The notes under the pieces were generated by a model. That model searched no databases, was not told the DNA's origin, and was given only the letters and a program-made list of their open reading frames with translations. DNA of 64,000 bases, taken from Marsupella aquatica (Eukaryota > Plantae > Marchantiophyta). This document shows positions 11,051 to 22,805 of this stretch, piece after piece (within the stretch, counting starts at the first letter, position 1; every line of letters begins with the position of its first letter). The stretch spans positions 12,531,929 to 12,595,928 of the forward strand of contig OZ316895.1 of NCBI GenBank assembly GCA_973895155.1. Reading direction: 5' to 3'. Both the position numbers and the translations under genes were made by a program.

Positions 11051-12028
11051 ATGGCGAAGCTACAAACGTTGGTTGTCATTTTCACTGTACTAGTTCTACA
11101 GTTTCCAATCTCGTACTTGCGTGTCCAATCTCGTCCAGGTGCTTTCTCCACTCCACTCCACTCCACTGCACTCTACTCTACTTTACTCTGGCCCGGTGAC
11201 CTGTGATGGAAAATTTTCCCACTGCAGCTATCAGGATTCTGTTGTCCCTGGATTTTGCGAGTCAGTAATGTTGACGGTGTGCTCACAGTGAGCTGGGATT
11301 AAAGTTTTCATCAATCTATGTGTTGAAGTGGATTTTAGGGCTGTTTCTCCTCGAGCTCAATGTCCGGGATCTCTTAGCTTAGCTGGGGGCAAACTGGCGA
11401 ACTGTGCGTTCAGTTTTCCATTGTTTGGAGTCACGCAGATAATCATGTCGTCTGTCTGACCCTGCTCCATCTTTCCGTCTTTTTTTGCAGGACCTCTTGG
11501 ACTGTCCCCCGTAGAGATTCTATTAAGCTCTTCGCCGAGACAGCTTCTGTCGGCGGACCCTCTTGTCAGTGATCCCGAGGTACTAAGCTTCTGTGCTATA
11601 CTATCTCTTAGGAAACTTTTGCAATGCTGCCGAGATTCTACGGTTGTCCGGTTTTGAAGTTTTTGTTAGAATTTGTAGACTTCAGAGTTTAAGTCGTCCT
11701 ACTAGTAGTTCCAGCTCTACCTGACAGTGTTCTAGCAAACCAAGACCGTTTGCATCATATCGTTGCATTCTTGGAGGTCAAATTGTACATTACCATTTCA
11801 CAGTCAATCACTCTTTTAGTATCAATTGCATTTAACAAAGTGGGTCATGAAAATGTACTTCTGCAGCGTGTGAATATTTCCAAAAAAGACGCTGAGGATC
11901 TTCATTCCGAAGATAAGTTGGATGCCGTCTGTAGAGAGAATGGAACATGCGACGAGAAGCGTCTTCTCACGGCGAGCGTCGACTACATGAATGACGGGCC
12001 CAATCCGATCACGGACCCTCCTCACTGA
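11051..12028 (+). CDS. Secreted tyrosine-sulfated peptide hormone precursor (PSK-like pro-region, PSY-like C-terminal peptide), 112 aa
   Basis: Exons 11051-11138, 11491-11579 and 11867-12028 with canonical GT-AG and matching phases. Signal-peptide-like MAKLQTLVVIFTVLVLQFPISYLRVQSRP. C-terminus ...DAVCRENGTCDEKRLLTASVDYMNDGPNPITDPPH*. Confidence 0.8.
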
Positions 12029-13714
12029 ATCAACGTTCGGCATCGCTGCTCCGATTTTGTTTCTTTGGAAGCGATGGCGTTTTGAAATGGAATTCTACCA
12101 CAAACTTCTCCAATTTCATCCCGGATGTTTTTTAGGGAAGTAGTGTTCTCCAACCCACTCACAAGAGTCGGCTTCGGGGCCAATTTGTAATCACGAGGGC
12201 GGCATCCCCCGAAAGAATTCTTTCCCTTGCCCACCTCACATGAATCCACGTTCTTGGCATTTGGTAGTTCTGGTACCGCAAATTGAGCTTTTTCAGCAGT
12301 ACCACGATCATGAGGGTTGGAAACGGCGCCGAATCTGCCCTGCCTTGTCTGCCTCATTCACGAGTGCAACGCTGTCGCGAGACCAACAACCATCACAGAT
12401 GATTCTGGTAAGCCCTTGTTGTGGTGACCTGACATGAATCGCTGTTCACAGACTGCGGAAGACGAGATTCAGTAGCTACGTACCGTAAATGCCTTTTATT
12501 CTACTGCCGTGTAGCTATGAAGACACAAAGGCCCCACAGAAGGCCCACAGCATCAGCATGCTGACCAGAAAGTACATTTTTAGTACACCTGCATGTACAT
12601 GTTGGCAATTTTCCCATAACGGGAGTTGGATATATTATCCCATGAATAAAGCAACTACAGTAGACTGATCCGTTTGAGGAGTTCTGTCATCAATCACGCA
12701 CTATCTGAGGATGGTCATGTTATGTCTCCATTCCCAACACTCCCAAATTTGAGTTGGCTCTCACGTGAATCCTTGAGTGAAGTAACGGTTGGTATGGTCC
12801 ATTGGATCTGTTGGCTCATGGAAAGTAAGCTCGTTCCCTGCTCTGACCCAACATGCGCAAGGCTCCGGGACATAAATCTAGTGATACTGAATTATAGTCA
12901 GATCCTAAATTTGTGTACGGGCACTTTGGCTGGTTGCAATGCCGGAACAGTTTAATTTGTTAAGACACCATAACCAGGAAATTTGAAGGACTGGCTGCAC
13001 TGGATTCTAGTCAGTGCCTAAATATTGCGTACGTACAGGCGCTTTAGATCCGTTGCTGTACCCAAACAGTTGATTTTTTTCGAAACCATAGCCAGGAAAA
13101 TAGAGGAGAATTCAAAAGGACTGGCAGCCGAATTTAGAATGCGTCTGCGTTGGATCTCTCTTCGGCAGCAGGTTCGATGGCCGTGCTGCAATTTCTTTGC
13201 ATTGTACCCACAACATTTGAAAAAGTTTCATGACCGTCCTGCAATATATATATATATATATCACTATGCATTGTACCTACAACAGCTAGGAAGGTTTCTT
13301 CACGGTAAAGCCCGAATTCTGTGGCCATAACGGCACAGAACGCGTGCAGATACTGTACTTACAGTGAACATTTGAATTACAAATTGAAAGAGGTTATGAT
13401 TGCATTCGAAGGGACAGTAGGATCAGTCGGGAGAGACGTCGACAAATACGTTCTTTACCATGAGCGATTTGAATTAAATTGTAGACGAGATGATTAAAAC
13501 GAAGGAAAAAATAAGAAGTTGATACCTGATTGACCAGAATTCAGCTGGTACTGGGAAAACAAGCCAGGACTATGGACGGTTTGATATGGTATTAAACAAG
13601 CCTGGTCCTGACATTGTGGAGGTCTCTAAACCAGCTAAGTTTTAAGAGTTTATCACAAATTCACGATGTGGCATTGTGCAAATTACGAGGAGTTTGAATC
13701 ATATTTCTTTCTGA

Positions 13715-14120
13715 CTATTAGATCTCCCTAGATTTAAGAGGATGACAGTTAAAATTTGCCCATGGACAGATCTCCCTAGAATTAGATTTGACTAATTAAT
13801 GGAGAGATCTCCCTAGATTTAAGGATGATTGTTAGATTGGAGCTAATGGGTCTGTTACTAGGTGAGAAACTGGGTATTGGAAGACAAAAGTGGGTCTGTT
13901 ACTAGGTGAGAAAGCAGGTCATGGGCGACCAAATACCTAGCAAATTTGTAATTCTGGCTAATGGGCAGATCTCCTTTAAATTTAAGGATGACCCTTACAT
14001 TCTAGCGAAGACAAAGGAATTAGCGAATTTGTAATTCCGGCCAATCGGCAGATCTCCCTAGATTTAAAGATGACCCATACATTCTGGATAATAGGGTCTC
14101 TTAATATACTAGGTGAGTTT
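13715..14120 (-). repeat. Degenerate repeat array (agatctccctagatttaaggatga), inverted relative to the 19.1-20.6 kb array
   Basis: Motif at ~13720, 13768, 13805, 13967, 14050. Its reverse complement catccttaaatct(a/t)gggagatct is the core of the 19120-20650 array. Confidence 0.7.
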
Positions 14121-16629
14121 GTGGTGCCTTTCTAGGTGGGAATATAGCTGATGGAAAACCACTAAAAAACACTGCTATGGACCATCTGATACGATATTAA
14201 ACTAGCTTACTATCCGTATCGTGGAGGTCTTTGGATGGTGTGATATGGTGTCAAATTGATGTTAGGTGCTTACCAAACTGTATATCATTATGGTCCCGGG
14301 CTGGACATTACGGGGTATTCGATCCATCAACTGTAACTAACAACCACACCTAAGCTTAAGATCGGATTGGGTTATCATGGATTCTCTATTTCTGCTTTCC
14401 TGTCTTCCTCTGGCTCACTGTGTGCTCGATGCTGCCTTGCTCACCTGCTACTTTCCGAAGCTGCGAACAAGTGCTCGGTTGAGCAATCTTCACACCCACG
14501 TCCAGTGTTGCATTGGCAGCTGCATTGAAATCAATCTCGCCTCCCTTCCTACTTTGCTCGGTTTGTGACAATTTCTCAGGTTCGTCGCCGACTTTGAGTG
14601 CAAGGACACGGACTTGCAGATTGAATTTTTTTCTGAGACGACATTTCTCGAGGCCATCTCGTAGAGTGGATTGTTCTAACTAGATCAAGTTTGACGATGG
14701 AGCCTCTCTTGGCAGTACGTTCCATACACGAAGAGCTGTTCATTTAACCTGTTCAATCAAGCTAGTTTCGGATCGGGCTGACGAGTATTATTTCTTTCAT
14801 TTCAGTCCATTGCTTCAGACTAAAGAGGAACCTAGTTTCGAAGAACAGTGATGGAGGTGTGATCTAGCCATGCTATTTGAACAAGATTGTATCTCACAAT
14901 TGTTGATTTCTGCTGCAGCTCCTTCGTATTTTCGTTGAGAAGTGGTGAATACTTGGGGTTGCGGGTGGGTTTAAACCCTCCCTTGAGAGGATTTGTGATT
15001 GTGCAGCTATCTCTCTATTTCAACAGGAATTAAGCCACTTGAGTCCAGCAGTTGAAGTTTGCTTCTCGAAAATTTCCTAACACAAAGATCTCAGAGCATT
15101 ATGTGAATTGATAGCTATAGACCGCGCATTCATTAAGGATATTTCTGTGATTTCGAATCCAACTGTTTAGGTACAGTAATACCACAGTGTACGCGTTTAA
15201 GGTTTACAACACAGTTAGCCATGGATTCTCCTATTGGGGTCGAGTGTAACATATGTATCGTCGTATTTCGCTTTGTCAACCGGTTTCGTTGGCGAATGTG
15301 TCACGCGGTCCAGTTTTAGGTGATGGCAACAGCAACGACGAAGTTATATATTGGGCATGCCCTGGAACGAACTTCGCTCACATTTTGGTAGTTAGGGTAT
15401 TTTCATGTCAGTAATGTTGTTGGAGAATTCAGTTTAATTAGAAGGTTGTTGTTCCTTGGATGGTTCTTTCAGGATTCCTAGTTTTCTCGAGTATTGATGC
15501 AGCGGGTTGTTTCTTATCACGTCGGTTTCTATGAATATCAGGTATGATGGTTCTCGAGGATTCATAGCTTTCTGGAGTACTGCTTTTATCTCGTCAGTTT
15601 CTATGAATATCTGGTTGTCTGTAATTTGATTGTGCTGTAGCTCACTATTGCCATTAAAACTGTTACAGAATCACTATCGCTTCGTGGGATTGTAAATGTT
15701 TCCCCTAAAGTTGTCGCACATTTGTGAAGAATGGAGTGCAGAGAGATTTAAATGCACTTTGCTAATGTATGGAACATTGATGTATTACAACCGGAGCCTA
15801 AAATTTCAAAGTCTGGAATCCCCCCCTCTTTCTTTCTCATGAGGAAATGTCATTCTGGCTTGGAACCTACGTATTTTGGTGACATAACCATGACCTGGAC
15901 CTAAAGGTATCACTCTGCACCTTGTCCGCCCCAACTTGTCTTCTCTCCAATGCTCACAAACTCCAATTCCTTGAAATCCAGTTGCAAGGCCAAGTTGTCA
16001 ACTCCCCCTAGTGTGGATTACCTGACCATCTCACTTCTGCTCGACAACACTTCTCCTCCTCAGCATCATTTATGATTGACAATGGTGTGCATTACAGATG
16101 CATTGGGCTAGTGAGATGAGCATGAGAAATAATATTGCGCTGTGGTTGGGCTCGCCACATATAAACCTGACACACCACACTCATAGTTTCGTATTGGGGT
16201 ATCAAGGTATTTAACTTCTCAGAAAAAAAATTGGGTTTGGGCATTTGAGCCTGGTACTGGTATTGTGGAGGTACATGGATGGTCGGATATAGTACCAAAC
16301 TAGCCTGGTACTGGTTACCTGCGGAGGGTCCATCTACAATGTGACGTAGTATCAAATTGATGTTGGATGCTCACCAAAGTGGTTGAATACTGGGGTATGA
16401 AGGTATTGAAGTTACAAATAAATTTGGGCAGGGTACTGGTATAGGTAAAAATACTATGGAAAAATATATATATTTGGGATCGGTTGCATGTGATTCTTAC
16501 TGTTTGTTGTCCATGTCCTCCCAAAAGAAGAAGTTGCTTGCAGTGGTTGGTGATCTGGAGACCTTCAATGTGATGGGTAGGTGACGTCGTTTTATCATTA
16601 TACATACGTAGTTAAGATGGAGTCGTTTG

Positions 16630-16890
16630 TTACTCATTTCTCGGTGCTCCCAGCAAAAGTATTGGTTGCTCCCAGTGCTCTCATTTTTGTTTAGGACAGC
16701 TCTAGGTTGCTCTCAATGCCCTCAATTTTTTTAGCGGAGCTCTTGCTTGCTCCCAATCCTGTCGTTAATAATTGTAGAGCACTCTATTTTCTCTGTCGCT
16801 TGGCAGAGCTCTTGGTTTTGTTCAACAAAGCTCTCAAGTTGCTCACTCTCGTTTTTGTTTAACAATGAAAGCTCTTGGTTTGCTGGGTTT
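16630..16890. repeat. Degenerate ~40-bp tandem repeat (gctctc/gctccc...ttttgtt)
   Basis: Recurring gctct(t/a)ggttgctc(t/c)c and tttttgtt motifs. Confidence 0.5.
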
Positions 16891-18187
16891 ACTCAGATTA
16901 CTTCCCCTATTTAGTTTCAATGTAGCTTTGGGTTTGTCTATATGGAAATGTGGATTTTTAGAAGGTTTTTCAAAACAGACAGTCCTTTGAATGTTAGCCA
17001 ACTTGTGTGTGCGTGGCCCTTAGTTTTCCTGCCCTAAACTTTGCAAATGACAGTAAAGTAGTGACTGAGAATTTGTGGCGAAATCTCCTCATCACCCAGG
17101 ATACAAAGTGGAGAACCAAGGGTATCGGTCTGAAACTTTCCGGCTCTTGAGATCCTGTAAGTTGAAATAACAACAGGGACAAGATGACACAACATCCAAA
17201 AAGGGACACAAACAGGAAGATGTAACAAGATAACAGAGACTCTTGAGAATCTAGATCCTGCAAATTGGAGAGTGCAAAATGTCAACATTTTAAGAAGCAT
17301 CTCCATGAAAGGTAGCCTTAGGGCTGCTATACATGCAGGACAGCCCCTAATATGATTGATAATTAAAGCAAAACATAAGGATTGGGTTTATGTACAGTCC
17401 CCATCGTGTACATTAAAGTATGTTTTTATAGTTTTGGAGTTTTGCCAATTCCATCTAGTCCAAAAACCCTGGGTCTATTAGTCACAATCTATCACAATCT
17501 AGGGCTGCCCTTAAATCTAGGGAGCAAAGGTACAAATTACATTTGGTAAATTTAAACAGAAACTATAACTGACATCTACTCTTTCATGCAAGACAGCATT
17601 ACACGAGAGATATACTTGATGGATCTCCAAATGCAACTTTTTCTCTTAACTTTTTCTCTTAACTTTTTCTCTTAAGGGAAGAATTCATTTTTTTCTTATA
17701 AGAATAATAGGGTCTTTGAAATCTAATTTTGGGACTTATAAGAACATTAGTGTCTTTTTGATAATTGCAAAGACATCTCTTTGTGTTCCCTTTTCTTCCC
17801 GACCTTATTTCACATTCTTTATAAGTGCAAAGAGGCTAAAACCATTTGACCAAACCACAAATGTGTAAATGCAAATTCTAGAGAATTCTAAAGAATTTGG
17901 GCATAGAATTGCACAAAGAAATGGCATTAGGGAGTCAGGAGCTTTTGCAGATATTTTGGACCCAGGGACACTGACAATAACTCTCACCCAGACCCCTGGC
18001 TGTGTGTATGATTTTAGTCTGGAAAAAGGGTTTTCAGATATAAGTTTTTGGGCACAAGATTATGCTATTTGTTGCTTTGAAGTAAAAATGGTTCCCCACC
18101 TCGAACCATTGTTCCATGCAGGATCAATTAGAATGTGGACTGACAAAGGGCGCATGCCATGTTGAGGAATTGTAAGCTCTATCCATA

Positions 18188-18853
18188 TAGCATGTTCATC
18201 CTGGAACATGTATCTTTTTTTGTCTTGTAGTGTAGTAATTCATCTAATTTTATTTATGATAAAAGGAGAGAGTAGAATGATGTAAAGTACATATTAAAAA
18301 AATATACAGGCAAAATTAACTAACATATATTATTTTCTTATTAAGAATACGTATTAAGAAAAAAACATAATTAAAAAAACACATAATTAATTAACATATA
18401 TTATAATTAAAAAACACATAATGACCCAGGAAAGTAGAGAGGTACTCAAGAGTTGTGCACCTTAGGTACAGATTTCACTTGCTTCTAGATAATGACAATC
18501 AATTCCTTAAAAACCATAAATTTTGTAAAGGAAACCATTAGGGGAACTTAGTGCACCACATGTGCACATTGTTCGAGTCATTTCTCTCACTCTCATGATA
18601 AAAGATAAAATTCACTAAGAGGAATTGAAAAGGAAAATCAAGCAGTTATGAGGGGATCCAAAATAAATTCAAAATACTCTAAGTTCACTAAAATTAAAAG
18701 GGGTCCAAAACTTAATTCAAAATCTAATTAATACAAATGATTCATCTTGTTAAGGCACATTTGATTCTAAATACTAGACCCAAAATCTGCATAAGACAAA
18801 ATATGAAAGTTGGATTCACCATATAGCAGTGGTGTCAAAATGGAGAAATGTCA
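18188..18853. mobile_element. ~670-bp non-coding insertion, copy 2 of the family at 8438-9018 (20-bp TSD)
   Basis: Flanked by a perfect direct repeat aattgtaagctctatccata (18168-18187, 18854-18873). Shares 5' tagcatgttcatc, internal aaaaccataaatt, caaaataaattcaaaat and 3' ataagacaaaata..accatatag with copy 1. Confidence 0.7.
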
Positions 18854-19119
18854 AATTGTAAGCTCTATCCATAAATGCAAGATCCAAATTTTTACATTTA
18901 TTAGATACGACCTGTATCTTTTTTGTGGCTAAAATTCACTGAATTCCACCTCTTAGAAAATACTCACCACTTTGGGCTAAAAGCATTTCTTGAGTGGAAG
19001 AAGTCTAAAAGCATTTCTTGAGTGGAATAATGACAATTTAGATTCTGGCATTTTCTTTAGTGTAAGAAAGACAATTTAGATTTTGGCTAAGTAGGGTGCC
19101 ACATCATACAGAGCCTAAC

Positions 19120-20650
19120 GGCCATCTTTAAATCTTGGGAGATCTCACAGTCAGAAAGTAGATTTGGAATGGTCCTAGCATCTTCTCCTTTGCCACACGC
19201 TGACATTCGTTTTCTCACCTAGCCACATACTCTATTAGCTAGAACCCCTTAACACCCTTAACTCTTGGGAGATTGACCCCATTACCCAGAGTCTACCGGC
19301 CACCCTTAAATCTTAGGTAAGGAAGACTCCTAACACCTTCTCCTTTCAAGGTGAGATTCGCCACACTGGCCAGGGAAAGGTAAAAATGACTGCCATTCTT
19401 AAATGTTGGGAGATCTGACGGTCAGAAACTAGATATGGAACATTCTTAACACCTTCTCCTTTGAAGGTGACATTTTACATTTCCACATGGCTAGGAAAGG
19501 TAAAAGTTATGGCCATCCTTAAACCACACCTGCCCCTATAAAGGGCTACGGGTAACCCGTAGCTCTCATTCTAAAGAGTACAAGTTCAGAAATGGGTTTT
19601 GAGCTCCACAAAAGGTGCTGACTGCAAAACCTTTTTTTGGCAAGTACTTCACAAAAGGTGCTAGGTTTCCACCTTTTATGGTGAGTAGTGAGACATGGAA
19701 TGAGGCTTTTATAGTGGCAGGTGTGGTTTAAATCTTGGGACATCGGACGGAAGACTCCAATCACCTTCTCCTTGCACAAGGTGACATTTGCCACACTGGC
19801 GAGGGAAAGGTAACAATCAGGGCCATCTTTAAATCTTGGGTCCTTAAATCCTGGGACATCTGTTGGTCAAAAACTATGGAAGACTTCCAACACCTTCTCC
19901 TTCAAAGTGAGATTTGCCACACTGCCACACTCGTGAGGAAAAGGTGAAAATGGTGGCCATCCTTAAATCTTGGGAGATCTGCCAGTCAAAAACTACATAT
20001 GGAAGATTCCTGATACCTTCTCCTTTCACAAGGGACATTCGCCATACTCACACTGGCAAGCAAAGAGGTAAAAATTGGCCATCCATACATATCACACTTC
20101 CCAAGGGCAAAAAATGTTGAAGTGAGAGACATGATCCCAAAGGCAAAGCAACCCAATGAAGGGGAGGAAAAGATGGGAAAGGGCCCCAAGAAAAACAAGC
20201 TCTTGGTCCCAACCAAAAGCAACAAAGGAACAAAGAACAAAAAGTAACCACAAAGGGGCCATAGAGGTAAAAATTACAGCCATCCATAAGTCTCCAGAGA
20301 TCTGATGGCCAAAAACTAGAGATGGAGGCTCCTAACACTTTCTCCTTTGCCACATTTGCCACATTGGCAAGCAAAAGGTAGAAATACGGTCATCCTTAAA
20401 TCTTAGGAGATCGTCAAACTAGAAATTGAGAACTTCTAACACCTTCTCTTTTGGCACAAGGTGACATTCGCCACAGTGGTGAGGAAAAGGTAAAAGGAGA
20501 TCTGACGGTCATACAACTAAATCTTCGGAGATCTGACGGTCATAAACTACAGTAGATATAGTAGACTAGGCGAGGAAATCTTGGGAGATCTGACGGTCAA
20601 AAACTACAATGTAAATTGACATTCGCCACACTGGCGAGAAAAAGGTAAGA
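19120..20650 (+). repeat. TE-derived tandem array, ~120-bp unit (catccttaaatcttgggagatctgacggtcaaaaact...aacaccttctccttt..gtgacattcgccacactggc..ggaaaaggtaaaa)
   Basis: At least nine degenerate copies of gggagatct / aacaccttctcctt / aaaggtaaaa between 19120 and 20650. Confidence 0.8.
19523..19727. mobile_element. 205-bp MITE inserted into a TTAA (or TA) target within the repeat array
   Basis: TIRs accacacctgcccctataaag / ttttatagtggcaggtgtggt. TTAA on both sides (19519-19522, 19728-19731). Removing it restores the array consensus ccttaaatcttggga. Confidence 0.85.
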
Positions 20651-20783
20651 ATATTCTGGCCATGACCTCCCCGTGTCGGGAAATGCATGGAAAGCTCCGG
20701 CCGTCGGGGAATCAAGACAGGTTGCCGGGTGGGTGGACGGACACCGCAGTACTCGAAAGGAGGAGGATCATGATTCCTTTCGT

Positions 20784-21185
20784 CGTGGCCAAGCGAGTGT
20801 CAATTGGACGACATCACAATTTGCTGTGGATGTCGATCTCTTGCCTCGTTGTAGCCTTGTAGCGTTGGAGGCTTGGAGGCTTGGAGATGGGAGACATTGA
20901 CCAGGGTAGGTTCTGTTAGCTTCTAATTCGGCCATGACTGAGGACCCGTTTTTTTTGTTTTTCTGCTTTGAAAGTTTTCATTATTGAATTGTGCATTTCT
21001 TCGTGGCCAAGCGACGGTCAATTGGACGATATCTCAATTCGCTGTGGATTTGGGTCTGACTGGACCCGCTCGATGGAGCGTTGGAGGCGGGAGACGTTGA
21101 CCAGTGTAGGTTCTTTTAGCTTCTTATTTGTCATGACCGCGGACCTGTTTTTGTTTGTTTGGATTGAAAGATTTCAATAATGAAT
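20784..21185. repeat. Two-copy ~215-bp tandem duplication
   Basis: cgtggccaagcga..tcaattggacga...gagcgttggaggc...ttgaccag.gtaggttct at ~20784 and ~21002. Confidence 0.75.
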
Positions 21186-21465
21186 AGTGTGATTTCCGTT
21201 CAGGCCTTCAGGGCGACCTGTGTTTTGGAGTCACTTCGGCAGGCCGCGAGACGAGCCAAGCGACTCAAGAACAGTGGTAGTGTGTAGCTCACTGCGAGTG
21301 GCAGCTTGTGTCCTTTTTAACGGCAAACGCGGAGCTGGCGAAATCGTCTCTACACTGAAGTTTTCGCGATGTAGGCCTCTTTTTGTGAAGCGCAAACAAT
21401 GAGAATACTGAACTAATCAAAGCCTTTGGTTTTTTCTTTTTGTCTTGAAACATCAAATTGAATTC

Positions 21466-22100
21466 TATTCAAAATAAGTGAGTATAACAAGGAGGGTTGC
21501 CAGACAACACCCAAAGGGACCGGAGGTCGACATGCTGAAAACCGGGGAAGCCGGCACCACGGCAGAGGAAAGACACCCCAGAGGAGGGCAGCTAAACGGG
21601 ATATTCAACCACAGTAGAGGGAGCAGCACACTCCGTAAGACCGGCCAGTGAAAAAGCCCCGGCAGGGGACCATCCAATGGGTCCGTGACAAGTGTTACCT
21701 CATCGACCTATCTACAGAACAAACTCCTACCCTGAAAAGAACACTTCATGGAGGCCTGGGGGCAAGGGGGGACCTGTAGAATCTCCTCATGAACCTCCCA
21801 AAGGCTGGCATAAGACCCATACTTTAAGGACATATCAGCAACAATGCCACTGGCAATAACCTTCCCATGCCAAAGTCTAAGTCTGTTACTGGCCCAATCT
21901 TTATGCATATAAAGAGAAAGTCTATGCCAGGATTTTTTGATGACAACATGTGAATCTGAGCCGATTTGTTCAATGAAGTGGGAACTCCTATCTTGCAAAC
22001 AATGGCTCTAAGAATGTCCCAAAGTTTCATAGGTACATCCCATTCCTCAGGGAGCCGCACTGCCAGAAATATATGGGTCGGGTTCAAGACAGAATGAGTC
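21466..22100 (-). mobile_element. 5'-truncated, frameshifted LINE (L1-like) fragment: ORF2 C-terminus plus 3' UTR
   Basis: Minus-strand THIFLAVRLPEEWDVPMKLWDILRAIVC followed by DRSSHFIEQ...VIKKSWHRLSLYMHKDW resembles the Trp-rich tail after the zf-RVT region of plant L1 ORF2. Confidence 0.55.
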
Positions 22101-22149
22101 TTTGGTTTTTGGCTTGGAAGATTTTCAGTCGAGTCTTTTTTTTTTGGCC

Positions 22150-22805
22150 TCGAAAGGACCAAAAATGATTCACAAAGCCAACATACAAAACTGAAAACGG
22201 GGGCCCACAAGGGGTACCAGCCCAAGGGAAGATTTTCAATGGAGTCTTTTTTAATTTAGTTATACTCTAAAGAACCAAATAAATTTCATTCAAAAAGCCA
22301 ACATACCAAAAAGAGGGCCCACAAAAGGCACCAGCTCAATTTTTTGGACATTCCCTTCAAAAAGCAAACATACAAAACAGAGGGCCCACATACAACATAG
22401 GGAAGATTTTCAGTAGGGTTTTTTTTTTTTGGTTTCCTTCCAAAGAACCAACTGAATTCCATTCAAAAAGCCAAGCCAACATATAAAAAGGATGACCCAC
22501 AAGAGGCACCAGCCCAATTTTTCTGGAAATTCCATTCAAAAAACCAACATAAAAAATTTGAGAATTCTTCAAAAAACCAGCATACAAAAAATTGAGAATT
22601 CCATTTAAAAATCCAACATATAAAAGGGAAAATTGAAAATTCTCCAAAAAAACTCAGCATACAAAACAAAAATTGAGAATTCCATTCAAAAAGCCAACAT
22701 ATAAAACGGAGGGCCAAGAGTGCCCACAAGGGTGAAACAGCCAAAAGCCACCATACAAAACGGAGGGCCAGGGGGGCCCACAAGGGTGCACCAGCCCAAG
22801 GGATC
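22150..22805. repeat. Degenerate tandem array (caaaaagccaacatacaaaa...gggcccacaag..gcaccagcccaa)
   Basis: Repeated aagccaacat, gggcccaca, accagcccaa and gaattccattcaaaaa motifs. Confidence 0.7.

Noticed and set aside
14330-15700. Gene-like unique sequence with scattered splice-like signals
   Set aside because: No consistent exon chain or recognisable protein could be built.
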